A stretch of DNA of 64,000 nucleotides. Source: Promethearchaeota archaeon (GTDB lineage Archaea > Asgardarchaeota > Lokiarchaeia > Sigyniarchaeales > SOKP01). Positions 1 to 10,164 of the stretch are shown piece after piece. The DNA is taken from the NCBI GenBank assembly GCA_019894975.1, contig JAGXNO010000005.1, positions 1-64,000 of the forward strand, written 5' to 3'. A program made the translations under genes and the position numbers. The stretch's first letter is position 1. Every line of letters begins with the position of its first letter. Under the pieces are notes generated by a model. The model saw only the letters and a program-made list of their open reading frames with translations, did no database searches and was not told where the DNA came from.

Positions 1-509
1 TGCCATACCTCATCAACATTCCACAGAACGTCCCATATATACACCGCGAAAATCCACAATATAATAATTATCCCTGCGGGAAATAAATGTAAAGCTTTCC
101 GGTGTAGATCTGTTTTAATCTTATTAGAATCCTGTTGTAGTGAATCATCTTCTTTCATATCAAAATTTTTTAGAAAGTTGTTAAGATCTCTCCTTTTCCT
201 AATATCGGGATTTTTTCTTGACACCACATGGTGTTGGTAAAATAAGATTAAGAAAACCAAAAAAGGTGTAAATATACAAATACAAAATATGGAGAGTATT
301 TGAAATAGCTTGAAATTTAGATTATGTATAGATAAATAGAAGGGATATATCAAACCTGCTATAACCCAAAGGAAAAAAGTCGTAATACTATTCGCAAAAT
401 TATGCTCAAGAGGAAATTTCTGGTTAAGTTTAATCGCATAGTAGAACAAGCCTAAACCACTTAAAATAAAGAGAATTGTTACAGGCAATAATACTATGTC
501 ATATACCAT
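1..509 (-). CDS. Partial polytopic membrane protein, dolichol/phytol kinase - CTP_transf_1-like (runs off window start)
   Basis: Manual translation from ATG at 509: MVYDIVLLPVTILF...KTDLHRKALHLFPAG...; several TM helices and the RKxxH motif of polyprenol kinase/cytidylyltransferase-type enzymes. Not in the ORF track because there is no stop in the window. Confidence 0.6.
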   Translation of the reverse strand, partial: MVYDIVLLPVTILFILSGLGLFYYAIKLNQKFPLEHNFANSITTFFLWVIAGLIYPFYLSIHNLNFKLFQILSIFCICIFTPFLVFLILFYQHHVVSRKNPDIRKRRDLNNFLKNFDMKEDDSLQQDSNKIKTDLHRKALHLFPAGIIIILWIFAVYIWDVLWNVDEVW

Positions 510-590
510 GATATCTTTTAGTAAAATGGTATTTTAAAAATATGTTATGGAAAATTTAGTATTAAGAAGATATAAAAAAAAATTATATTA

Positions 591-1505
591 TTAAATTAGT
601 TGAACCTCTTTTCTTAGGTGCTTTTGTATAAACTTTCCTAATTTCTCCGTTGCTTTTTGACCCTCTGGTGACCACAAAGCAAACATCTGAAACATATGAA
701 TCATATCTTCCCAGATATCTAAAATAACGTCAACATCGGCAGCTTTCGCTTTTTCTGCAATTCGTTCCGCATCGCTTAGCAAAATTTCTGCACTTCCTAC
801 TTGTATTATCATAGGAGGTAAACCCTTGAGATCACCATATAATGGTGATATATAAGGATTCTTAGGATCATCTTCCCCAACGTATAAAGAAGCTAAGAAA
901 AACAAGTCACTTGGATTCGCAAGCGGATCGACTCTGGCTTTTGTTCGAATTGTCTCTCCCGTCATATCTAAATCTGCCCATGGTGAAAGTACAAGTGCTG
1001 CAGCAGGTAATGAGATACCCGTATCACGTAATTTTAAAAGTGTTGCTAGTGTTAAACCACCCCCTGCGGATTCACCACCTATTATTAGATTTTCAGGTTT
1101 AATTCCCTCACTATCTATCAACCACTTGTAAGCAGTAATAGCGTCTTCTAAAGCGGCAGGAAAAGGATTTTCAGGTGCTCGACGATAATCTATTAATAAA
1201 ACTCGTGAGTTTGAAACTCGAGAAATTCTTGACATGAACTCTTTATGTGTATTGATTGAGCCGTACACATAACCACCCCCATGAAAATATAAGACGACGT
1301 TTTCCTCTACAGCTTCAGGGGTACTTATCCATACGGCAGACACACCGCTTACATCTACATTATCAATTTTCACATCCTTTGCAACTTGAAAAAAACCTGC
1401 CAATTGTCCAAAACCAGTACGACTTTCTTCTATTCTTCGTTTTGCAGTAACTTTACTGTTTTGTCGAATCATTTCTGTAATTCTTTTGATTCCATCACTA
1501 ACCAT
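591..1505 (-). CDS. Alpha/beta hydrolase, HSL-family esterase/lipase
   Basis: HGGGY oxyanion motif, GESAGG nucleophile elbow, DYRRAPENPFPAALED, C-terminal H (MIHMF). Confidence 0.92.
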   Translation of the reverse strand: MVSDGIKRITEMIRQNSKVTAKRRIEESRTGFGQLAGFFQVAKDVKIDNVDVSGVSAVWISTPEAVEENVVLYFHGGGYVYGSINTHKEFMSRISRVSNSRVLLIDYRRAPENPFPAALEDAITAYKWLIDSEGIKPENLIIGGESAGGGLTLATLLKLRDTGISLPAAALVLSPWADLDMTGETIRTKARVDPLANPSDLFFLASLYVGEDDPKNPYISPLYGDLKGLPPMIIQVGSAEILLSDAERIAEKAKAADVDVILDIWEDMIHMFQMFALWSPEGQKATEKLGKFIQKHLRKEVQLI

Positions 1506-1608
1506 TTGAGATTTCCCTCTTTAAACTTTATAAAAATAGATTTCAGTAAATAAATACCCACTATGATTAAAAAATATATCTTTCAAAAAAAAAAGAAAAG
1601 AAAAAAAA

Positions 1609-2886
1609 TTATTTGATTTCTGAGAGCTCAACACCTTTAGTCTCTTTCAGAAAGAAGTATGCTATAGGGATAACGATAAATTGTCCCATTACAAAAATTA
1701 TAAATGTGGTGCCTAAACCTACAAATAGAATGATTACACCACTTAACAGTAAACCTATCGTACCTCCAATTCCACCAATTAGACTCCTAAATCCAATTCC
1801 AGTTCCTCTCCTATCAGTTGGTAGCATCTCTATTGTAATTAATCTAATAATTCCAATAGCTCCCCATGTGGATATATGTGTCAATGAATATCCTAATAAA
1901 ACAATGGAAAACGCATTTTCGGTATTATGAGCTCCAAAAACCCATATAAGCACTGATACCGGAGCTATAAATGACCAAAGATATAATAATGGCTTCCTTC
2001 CAATTCGATCTGCTAAAAATCCATTAATCGCATATGCAATAATAACCGCCAAAATTACTAAAAAAAACACCATAGTAATCTGATCTTGAGTTAGTGTTCC
2101 TACATCACTCATGTATTTTTCAAATAAACCTATATATATTCCTGAAATTCCCCGAAGGAAGACTATCAATAAAAGGAACGTATATGGTTTTCGACTCTCC
2201 GTTTTAAAAATTGATCCAATATCCTCTTTAAAAGATCTTGAAATAGTGGAACCACTTTCTTTCATAATTTGATATCTTGAAGTCTCTTTCAGCGTGAAAT
2301 AAATAACAATGCATAGAGGGAATCCTATTAACATCGGAAAAATTGTCATACCCTGCCAAAAAGAACCAGTTTCCTTTATAAAAATAAAACGAGAAATCAC
2401 CATTATGATGGGCCCTAATAATCCTGCCATTAAAATAATATTTGAATAGTAGGCTCGTTTGTTAGACTTAACTTCTTCATTTATATAAATCAACCAAATA
2501 TCACTACTAAAAAAAAACGATAAGAAAAACACAAATACCATATACATTATAAAATTAAAAGAGAAAAACATACCTAATGCTGCAAGAGCCATTCCAAATA
2601 CTGTTACACTTAGCATTTTTTTTCTTCCTAGCTTATCTGATAGGTAATGACTAAAAAATAAGAAGTACATCCCAATTGAAACAGCACCAGTTGCAAATGC
2701 CATAATCGCATTTTGAACGTTTTCAGATTTCCCACTTAAAAAACTCTCTGCTATGGCAGAAGGAATTGCTCCAGGAAATACAGTTGCATAAGAGTCTAGG
2801 ATTTGTACAAGCATCAATATAAAAATAATGTATATAAAATACTTCTTTGACCTTCCAGTAGACTTTTCATTTTTATTTTCAGACAT
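1609..2886 (-). CDS. MFS transporter
   Basis: About 12 TM helices; motif A twice (SDKLGRKK, ADRIGRKP); EMLPTDRRG; C-terminal LKETKG. Confidence 0.9.
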   Translation of the reverse strand: MSENKNEKSTGRSKKYFIYIIFILMLVQILDSYATVFPGAIPSAIAESFLSGKSENVQNAIMAFATGAVSIGMYFLFFSHYLSDKLGRKKMLSVTVFGMALAALGMFFSFNFIMYMVFVFFLSFFFSSDIWLIYINEEVKSNKRAYYSNIILMAGLLGPIIMVISRFIFIKETGSFWQGMTIFPMLIGFPLCIVIYFTLKETSRYQIMKESGSTISRSFKEDIGSIFKTESRKPYTFLLLIVFLRGISGIYIGLFEKYMSDVGTLTQDQITMVFFLVILAVIIAYAINGFLADRIGRKPLLYLWSFIAPVSVLIWVFGAHNTENAFSIVLLGYSLTHISTWGAIGIIRLITIEMLPTDRRGTGIGFRSLIGGIGGTIGLLLSGVIILFVGLGTTFIIFVMGQFIVIPIAYFFLKETKGVELSEIK

Positions 2887-3009
2887 GAAATCACTTTTTT
2901 TAAGATATTACTAAAATAAAACTTGAAGTATATTTCAACGTATGATTATTTAAGACTTCATCCCTAAATCAGCTAATCCCATTAAAAACAAGTAAATTAA
3001 CTGAAAGAA

Positions 3010-3216
3010 TTAAGTAATGAATTTGACTATTAAAATAACCCCAATGATAATTAATACCACAGCAATTCCTATTATTATAGCCATTCCAGAAAGCATTAAT
3101 TGAACGACCCATGCATCCCACTGGGTTATTATAAGCGCAAAAAGCATAATACCAAATGCTATCAAAAACAAACCAACCCCAATCAACGCAAAACTTGATC
3201 TTGTTCCATCCTTCAT
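3010..3216 (-). CDS. Small two-TM membrane protein
   Basis: 68-aa ORF with two hydrophobic helices and a purine-rich GAGGAAGTG upstream. Confidence 0.6.
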   Translation of the reverse strand: MKDGTRSSFALIGVGLFLIAFGIMLFALIITQWDAWVVQLMLSGMAIIIGIAVVLIIIGVILIVKFIT

Positions 3217-3327
3217 AATTTTTCACTTCCTCTATTATTATTAGATTCAAAGAATAATAAAACTAGTGTAAATAAAATGTAAAAAATAATTAAAAATAAT
3301 AAAAATAGTAGTAAATAAAAATAGAAA

Positions 3328-3615
3328 TTATAATCCTGTTAACAGGATATCATCAAGTGTTTTATGAACTTTCTTTACGGTATCTTCCCCAAGAGCCTTT
3401 TCTACTTCCAATTTCAGATCTAAAATAGTGCTGAAGGCTTTAACGAGAGTATTTTGGACAACATTGTTGAATTGACTATTGCCTTTATTTTGATCTTTGA
3501 ATTCTTCTACTCGGCTAAGCATAACATCTTCATATTCTTTAGCAGTGGATGTTCTGAGCTCTACTAACTTACGTATTTTCATTCCATCCTCAGTATCGAC
3601 AGTCTCTTCTGGCAT
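3328..3615 (-). CDS. Hypothetical helical protein directly downstream of tetraether synthase
   Basis: 95-aa ORF whose ATG abuts the Tes stop (TAA-ATG); GGTGA SD-like motif inside the Tes 3' end. Confidence 0.75.
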   Translation of the reverse strand: MPEETVDTEDGMKIRKLVELRTSTAKEYEDVMLSRVEEFKDQNKGNSQFNNVVQNTLVKAFSTILDLKLEVEKALGEDTVKKVHKTLDDILLTGL

Positions 3616-5352
3616 TTAAGGTTCACCTTCTTTTTTAATTCCACCATTTCGAGCTACTTGTGGTTTAACTTCTGCTACTTCTTGACCTGTAGTGGTATCA
3701 AACTCATTCCTGACTTTGGCAGTAATCTCTTTCGCAATCAGTTTTTCAATCTCTGGTCTGTGAATCGTGTTCATCGTACAGAATGAAATTTCTTTGACTG
3801 TATCATCAGGCATCGCAACGCCGAAATGTACAATACATCTCTTCGCTCTTTCAAGATCCATATTATATGCATCTTGGAAGTGCATGCTTGATAGCAATAA
3901 CGCGCCGTAACTGAATGAACTTATGCTTTCCCAGTCACCACGCATTAAAAGTCGTGAGAATAATTCCATGAGCTTTCCTGGTTTCTTCATGTACTGTAGT
4001 ATTCCAAGTAAAAATCGTGCTTTAAGCTGTGTCTTATCAAGATAATTTAAACCTTCATCGAGTGTTTTACCAAAATCTCCTAATAAACCCTCGAAAAGCT
4101 TTACTGGTTGTTTTTCTTTATTTTTGATTTTAGCCCAAAAACGATTAGCAAAATCTATTACTTTCAAGGGGTCGAAGTAATCCATAATTGGTGCCATCTC
4201 TCCCGAGTCTGGGTCAATTATCATGTACGAAGCAAACCCACAGTCTGGGTGGCATGTAAACTCGATAGGGTCAACATCCGCCAAATAGGCTATTACTCTG
4301 CCGAATTCCACGATAGTACTCAAAGGATACCACGAATTTTCCATAGCAATCCTTCCCCCCGTTTGTCTCTCAATTGCCATGAGAATATCAGCATTTGTTA
4401 TACGAAGTTCTTCTCGTTCTTCAAAAGCTATTCGACCACATAATGAGACGGGTTGAAAGGTGATCCCTCTCACTACATCAATATTATCAATAGCGTATTG
4501 AATTATGTTCCCGACTTCAATGTCAGTGATTCCTTTAGCAATTGTGGCAACTAGTACAGCTGAATCAAGTCTTGCTTTTCGAAGATTATCTATGACACGC
4601 TGCTTATACGACATTAGGTTCTTAATTCCCCTGGTCTTTTCGTAAGTCACATCATTAATGCCATCAAATTGAAAGTATAATGTGTCTAGGCCCATTTCTT
4701 TACATTTCTTGGTAAACTCAAGACCGCCTTTCTTACGTTGAAATCCATAACCGTTTGTAGCAACTATGACCTCTTTGAAACCATTGTCTTTAGCCATTTT
4801 GCAGATTTCAGGAAAATCCTTTCTAACAGTAGGTTCTCCACCAGTAAACATAATTGCAACTGCTGGAATAGGTTTGCTTCTGAAGTGTTTCATTACTTTA
4901 TCGATTTCCTCTAAGGTTGGCTCAACTAAATAGCCTGACTGCATTATATTCGCATAGCAGAAGTTACAGTTAAAATTACATCGATTTGTTAAATCTATTA
5001 AAGCTAATGAGCAAGTCGAAATATGTTGATCACAGAGTCCACAGTTATATGGACATCCTCTTGGGTCATCTCCCTTAAAATCTGGAGGATTTGTGTCGCC
5101 ATCTTTATCAAATTTCCAAACAATATTTCCATTCTTATCTTTTATTGCGTAATGCGTCCATTTATAATATTTAGCAGAACTACTGAGTAAATCTTTGTAA
5201 TCACCATGGTCTTCGCATGTTTTTCTCATCCATATTTGTTCACTATCTTCATAGATTTCAGCAGCAATTGGTTGAAGGCATTCAGGACATACACTCATCG
5301 TTTTACGATAATAAGGTTCATTTAAATATTCATCATCGTTTAAGTGGTACAT
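3616..5352 (-). CDS. tes: Radical SAM tetraether lipid synthase (Tes/GDGT-MAS, MJ0619 family)
   Basis: N-terminal CPEC...CEDHG metal site, CPYNCGLCDQH, radical SAM CNFNCNFC, CHPDCG, C-terminal CIVH...SFCTMN; this Cys layout is characteristic of Tes. Confidence 0.85.
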   Translation of the reverse strand: MYHLNDDEYLNEPYYRKTMSVCPECLQPIAAEIYEDSEQIWMRKTCEDHGDYKDLLSSSAKYYKWTHYAIKDKNGNIVWKFDKDGDTNPPDFKGDDPRGCPYNCGLCDQHISTCSLALIDLTNRCNFNCNFCYANIMQSGYLVEPTLEEIDKVMKHFRSKPIPAVAIMFTGGEPTVRKDFPEICKMAKDNGFKEVIVATNGYGFQRKKGGLEFTKKCKEMGLDTLYFQFDGINDVTYEKTRGIKNLMSYKQRVIDNLRKARLDSAVLVATIAKGITDIEVGNIIQYAIDNIDVVRGITFQPVSLCGRIAFEEREELRITNADILMAIERQTGGRIAMENSWYPLSTIVEFGRVIAYLADVDPIEFTCHPDCGFASYMIIDPDSGEMAPIMDYFDPLKVIDFANRFWAKIKNKEKQPVKLFEGLLGDFGKTLDEGLNYLDKTQLKARFLLGILQYMKKPGKLMELFSRLLMRGDWESISSFSYGALLLSSMHFQDAYNMDLERAKRCIVHFGVAMPDDTVKEISFCTMNTIHRPEIEKLIAKEITAKVRNEFDTTTGQEVAEVKPQVARNGGIKKEGEP

Positions 5353-5716
5353 TTTTTGTTTACACCAAACATTTTTTTCATGTTTATTTAATTAAACACG
5401 TATTTATACAAAAATTAGAAGAGCTCGTTTATAAATATTTTTCTACGATTCCTATTATTCCGAATATTATTTGATATACAAACTGAAAAATACAAATTCG
5501 TCCCGACTAATAGAGTCATATGATATTTTAATGTTTTAAAAATTTGAGATGTGGTATTTCTCGTTTTTTAGAATTAATAAATTAGGATATAGTGATTAAA
5601 AGGGTTTAAATAGTTAATTTTAAAACATTTCAAAATGAAGTAATATTATCTGAAATTCAAAATAAGTGTTTTTTAAAGACTTAAATTATAAGTTAAAATA
5701 TATATAGGAGAATAAA

Positions 5717-6616
5717 ATGATAATAGATGTACATTGTCATGTTTGGGAAGAACAGTATCTATCAGAAGACTTACGAGCTATCCTTGTTGGTATTGCTAAA
5801 CGACTTAATTTCGATCTAAGTTTAATATTGGATGCTGGTCCAGAAAGATTAGTGTCAGAAATGGATGATGCCGGAATTGATAAAACAGTGATATTAGGCC
5901 TAGATTACGAATATCTCTTCAAAGGAAAAGTTAGCTATAAAGAATATAATAATAAAGTTGCAGGTTATATCAATGAATATCCTGATCGACTTATAGGGTT
6001 CGCTGGTATCGATCCAAGAAGAGGAAAAGAAGCTATTGCAGAGCTAGAAAGATGTATAGAAGAACTTGGCTTTAAAGGAGTTAAATTATGGCCTTTAACT
6101 GGCTTTTATCCGGATGATGTACAATTTTATCCTTTTTATGAACGAGTTGAAGATTTAGGTGTCACAATATTATGCCATACAGGGTTGGGTCCTACTAAAA
6201 CATATCTAAAATATAATAGACCTATGTACGTTGATACGGTTGCCGTGGATTTCCCAAATATTAATATTATAATGGCTCACATGGGTGATCCCTGGGTTAA
6301 TGAAGCGATTGCAGTCGCTAGAAAAAATCCTAATGTTTACCTCGATATTTCTGGATTGGAACCAGTTTTTAAAAATACACCTTTAGTATTTTTTCAAAAT
6401 CTATTTGAGGCTAAAATGTCATGTGGCATACAAAAAATCTTATTTGGTTCTGATTGGCCCTTATTTACTCCCATTTTATCTCTTCAGGAGTATATCGAAG
6501 GAATTAAAAAAATGAAAGTGCCACCCCCAATGAAGTTAATGGGGATACCTGAATTTACTGCTGAAGAATCAAATAAAATTCTTGGAGAAAATGCAACGAA
6601 ACTGTTAGGATTATAA
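5717..6616 (+). CDS. Amidohydrolase family protein (Amidohydro_2)
   Basis: IIDVHCH, GFKGVKL, CHTG, AHMG, LFGSDWP. Confidence 0.9.
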   Translation: MIIDVHCHVWEEQYLSEDLRAILVGIAKRLNFDLSLILDAGPERLVSEMDDAGIDKTVILGLDYEYLFKGKVSYKEYNNKVAGYINEYPDRLIGFAGIDPRRGKEAIAELERCIEELGFKGVKLWPLTGFYPDDVQFYPFYERVEDLGVTILCHTGLGPTKTYLKYNRPMYVDTVAVDFPNINIIMAHMGDPWVNEAIAVARKNPNVYLDISGLEPVFKNTPLVFFQNLFEAKMSCGIQKILFGSDWPLFTPILSLQEYIEGIKKMKVPPPMKLMGIPEFTAEESNKILGENATKLLGL

Positions 6617-6651
6617 GAATTTTTTAATTTTTTAGAAAATATCTTTAAGAT

Positions 6652-6756
6652 CTAATGGATAGAGCCAATTGGTTGTTCCATTGCTTTTTTTACATTGCTA
6701 ATTAATCTATCAGTATTAAATGGCTTTCCTTTAAAGCTGAGAACACCTAGTGAAAT
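6652..6756 (-). pseudogene. Remnant of a response-regulator receiver C-terminus
   Basis: Reads ISLGVLSFKGKPFNTDRLISNVKKAMEQPIGSIH*, resembling the receiver beta5-KPF-alpha5 end; an in-frame TAA lies directly upstream and there is no start. Confidence 0.45.
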
Positions 6757-6835
6757 TTAATTATTATTAAAATAACTAATCAGTATTATTTTAGATTTAT
6801 GATTATAAAAAAAAATCAGCAAAATAAAAAAAAAA

Positions 6836-7639
6836 TTATCTTCCTGTAAAATCTGGTTTTCTTTTTTCAAAAAAAGCCTTTAATCCTTCTTGGAAATCTT
6901 CAGTTCCAGCAGTTTTAACAATATGTTCCGCCTCTCTATCTAGATGTGTTTCTAAATCATTTTTATATGATTCTTTAAGCAATTTTTTAGTAAAAGCAAA
7001 TGCTATTGGTGCTCCACGACTTATTTCAATAGCTAAGTTTTTAGTTTCTTCCATAAAAACTTCTGAGTTAACTACTTTATTCACTAGATTATATTGTAAA
7101 GCTTCTTCAGCATTAAGAACTCTATTTAGAAACAGCATTTCATTTGCTATGCTTAACCCTACAAGCTTAGGAAGATGAAATGTCGATGAAGAATCCGGAG
7201 ATAAGCCGATCCTCGTAAAAGCACAACCAAAAGTTGCGTTCCTAACGCTTATTCTAAAATCACATGCTGTAGCATAACCTAAACCCGCTCCAAAGCAAAC
7301 ACCGTTAATCGCAGCTATGGTAAGTATTTTCATGTTCTTGAGAATTTCTATACCTTGATGTAATCGACTTGCTAAGTCATTCATGAATTCAGCAGGTTTT
7401 TCTGCCTTTTGAAATTCACTTACATCACCTCCTGCACAAAAAGCTTTTCCTCTTCCAGAAAGAATTAAACACCGGATTTTATCATCATTTGAAATTTCCT
7501 TGAAAGCAGAAATAAGTTCATCGACGTATTTAATGGTAAATGCATTCAACTGCTGAGGTCTGTTCAAATAAATTATTGCTAAATGGTTGGAATCATCAAT
7601 CTCTACTTCTATAGATTCATAATTTTTCATATTGTTCAA
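6836..7639 (-). CDS. Enoyl-CoA hydratase/isomerase (PaaG-like)
   Basis: LNRPQQLNA, AFCAGGD, AAINGVCFGAG, RIGLSPD, EGLKAFFEKRKPDF. Confidence 0.92.
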   Translation of the reverse strand: MNNMKNYESIEVEIDDSNHLAIIYLNRPQQLNAFTIKYVDELISAFKEISNDDKIRCLILSGRGKAFCAGGDVSEFQKAEKPAEFMNDLASRLHQGIEILKNMKILTIAAINGVCFGAGLGYATACDFRISVRNATFGCAFTRIGLSPDSSSTFHLPKLVGLSIANEMLFLNRVLNAEEALQYNLVNKVVNSEVFMEETKNLAIEISRGAPIAFAFTKKLLKESYKNDLETHLDREAEHIVKTAGTEDFQEGLKAFFEKRKPDFTGR

Positions 7640-7672
7640 AATTAAGGATAGATTTAAAAAATTTTTAGAAAA

Positions 7673-9061
7673 TTAACGATATTTTTCTTTCAAAGAATTT
7701 GTTAACAAACTTAGTTTTTCTGAAAGCTTTAATGAGACAATTTGTATTTTTTCTAAGTTTTTATATGTTCCTGGCAATTTTCTAATATTTTCTGTATAAA
7801 ACAGTTGAATCTTATCAAGTTCTGGTAATTTAGTAATCAACTCTCCCCTTTTTAAAATAGGTTTTAATAATGATTTTGAATCTGCTGGAGCCGGTTCATT
7901 ATCTAGAGTTAATAAGTCATGCTTGAATAACCCATCTTCATCATAAAGCCTGTAAACCTGTTTTATTCCCGGATATGTTATCTTTTCTTCACTGTTTTTA
8001 ATTTTTGGGATTTTATTATATTCGATTAATTTATACACCCCGGATATGGTTGGGTCATCACGAGAAGTTGCTAATTCTGTTCCTACACCAAATGCATCAA
8101 TAGGAACACCCTTATCTATTATCTCTTTAATTTTAAATTCATTTAAATCTGAACTGGCTACAATAAGAACTTTTTCACATCCTTGTTGATCCAATATTTT
8201 TCTCACTTTCTTTGCATGACTTATAAGATCTCCGGAATCAATTCTCACTCCTTTTATCTTATTTCCAAAGCGAGCACATTTTTCAGCCCCTTTTTCAGTA
8301 TCATACGTATCAATTAGAAATATTGAGTTTTCATCAAAAATTTTAAAATAAGTTTGAAAACTCACAATTTCCTTATCAAACCTTTGAATAAAACTATGAG
8401 CCATAGTACCGGTTGAGTTTATTCCAAATTCAATATCTGCGATCACATTACTTGTACCATTAAATCCTGCAATATAACTAGCTCTAGCAGCATAGACACC
8501 AGCAAGAGGGCTATGAGATCTCCTAGTGCCAAACTCAAGCAAAACCTTATTAGGGGCAATATTTCTAATTCTTGATGCTTTTGAAGCAACTAAAGTTTGA
8601 AAATTAATTACATTGAGGAGATATGTTTCTGCTAGCTGTGCTTGAATCATTGGGCCTTGAATCCTTATAATTGGCTCATTAGGGAAAAAAAAATTCCCTT
8701 CTTCCATTGCCCACAAGTCCAATTTAAATTTAAAATTAGGAAGATACTCATCAAAAAAGCTTGGGTCAATTTTTTTGAAAACTGGTTTTTTCCTTAGAAA
8801 TTCTATTGTCTTGTCTGTAAATCGAGCATTTGTTAAATATTGAACAACCTGTTCTAAACCTGCAAAGACTAAGTAGTTACGATTTTTTGGGAATTTTCTA
8901 ACAAAAAGCTCAAAGGTAGCAATATCATTTTCTTCTTTAATATTGTTTTCAAGATTATATTGAAAATAAGCTGCAGACATTGTTAATTGGTAGAAATCTG
9001 TGCTTAAGATCATGTTATCGTCAGATACGAAACCAGAACTTATTTTTTCCATTCTCTTCAA
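7673..9061 (-). CDS. pncB: Nicotinate phosphoribosyltransferase
   Basis: TDFYQLTM, EFGTRR, GTMAHS, LIDTYD, VRIDSGD, FGVGT, GVYKL. Confidence 0.95.
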   Translation of the reverse strand: MKRMEKISSGFVSDDNMILSTDFYQLTMSAAYFQYNLENNIKEENDIATFELFVRKFPKNRNYLVFAGLEQVVQYLTNARFTDKTIEFLRKKPVFKKIDPSFFDEYLPNFKFKLDLWAMEEGNFFFPNEPIIRIQGPMIQAQLAETYLLNVINFQTLVASKASRIRNIAPNKVLLEFGTRRSHSPLAGVYAARASYIAGFNGTSNVIADIEFGINSTGTMAHSFIQRFDKEIVSFQTYFKIFDENSIFLIDTYDTEKGAEKCARFGNKIKGVRIDSGDLISHAKKVRKILDQQGCEKVLIVASSDLNEFKIKEIIDKGVPIDAFGVGTELATSRDDPTISGVYKLIEYNKIPKIKNSEEKITYPGIKQVYRLYDEDGLFKHDLLTLDNEPAPADSKSLLKPILKRGELITKLPELDKIQLFYTENIRKLPGTYKNLEKIQIVSLKLSEKLSLLTNSLKEKYR

Positions 9062-9190
9062 CGATTTTAAATAATATGTTTTAATTAATTATTCTACATC
9101 TTTCGATTATAAACCTTTTTTTAGGAAGCTTTATAGCAAAAATGTGTTTAAAGTAGAATTAAGAGTCAGGTTTCTTCATTAATTTGATTT

Positions 9191-10063
9191 TTAAGACTTC
9201 AAATTTGTTAATTTTGTACTTATTTCCCAGAGTTGTTTAGCTAGGTCCTCATTATAAGAGATTTTACCCGACTTTGCTTCTTTTCTTTTTTTATAGTACT
9301 TTCCACTCACACCCTCGACATCAGGAGAAGAGGCACAATAAATAGATGTTTTAGCACCTCTTTTCGGACCTATTACAAACAAGCTAATAAATGGAAAAAA
9401 ATATTTAACAAATTTCCTAAAGTTACGAATCATATTTGTTCTTACATATCCAGGATGAAGACTATTAATGCTTACCTCATTACCATCAAATCTTCTAGCA
9501 AATTCATAAGTAAATAGTATTAAAGCTAATTTTGAGATTGAATATGCTTTCATTTGGCTGTAATGCTTTTCTCCATTAAGATTATCGAAATCAATCGATT
9601 TGGCTTGTACACTTGAGGCCACATTCACTATTCTTGCAGGTTGACTTTCCTTAAGTGTATCAAATAATAAATTGCATAATAAAAAGGGAGCTAAATAATT
9701 TACTGCTAACGTTGTTTCAATTCCATCTTCTGTCAACTTAACCCTACTAAGATTGACACCAGCGTTATTAATTAGCACATGTAAAGATTTATATTTTTCT
9801 TTAAAATCTTTTACAAGTTGATGAATAGCTTTTTGTGAAGATAAATCAGCTAGCATTAAATAAACCAATTCATTATTAGAGTCTCTCTTGATTTCATCCA
9901 ATGCTTGTTCTCCTCTTTCTTGGTTACGGCATACCATCACTATTGTAGCTCCCATTTTTGCCAAACCAGTAGCTGTAGCTTTTCCTACCCCTGAATTAGC
10001 TCCAGTAATCATACATATTTTTCCCTTCATAAGATCAGAAGTGAGATTTCCCGTACCAATCAA
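9191..10063 (-). CDS. SDR oxidoreductase (retinol dehydrogenase-like)
   Basis: TGANSGVG, NNAG, YSISK catalytic motif, HPGYVRT. Confidence 0.92.
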   Translation of the reverse strand: MIGTGNLTSDLMKGKICMITGANSGVGKATATGLAKMGATIVMVCRNQERGEQALDEIKRDSNNELVYLMLADLSSQKAIHQLVKDFKEKYKSLHVLINNAGVNLSRVKLTEDGIETTLAVNYLAPFLLCNLLFDTLKESQPARIVNVASSVQAKSIDFDNLNGEKHYSQMKAYSISKLALILFTYEFARRFDGNEVSINSLHPGYVRTNMIRNFRKFVKYFFPFISLFVIGPKRGAKTSIYCASSPDVEGVSGKYYKKRKEAKSGKISYNEDLAKQLWEISTKLTNLKS

Positions 10064-10164
10064 ACCAATTCCCCAATAATTAAAAGTATAAACTTCCTAA
10101 AATAAAGAATAGAAGCAAATTAGAGAAGGAAAAATGGTTAATAAAATCTTTGACACTCTCCGGA

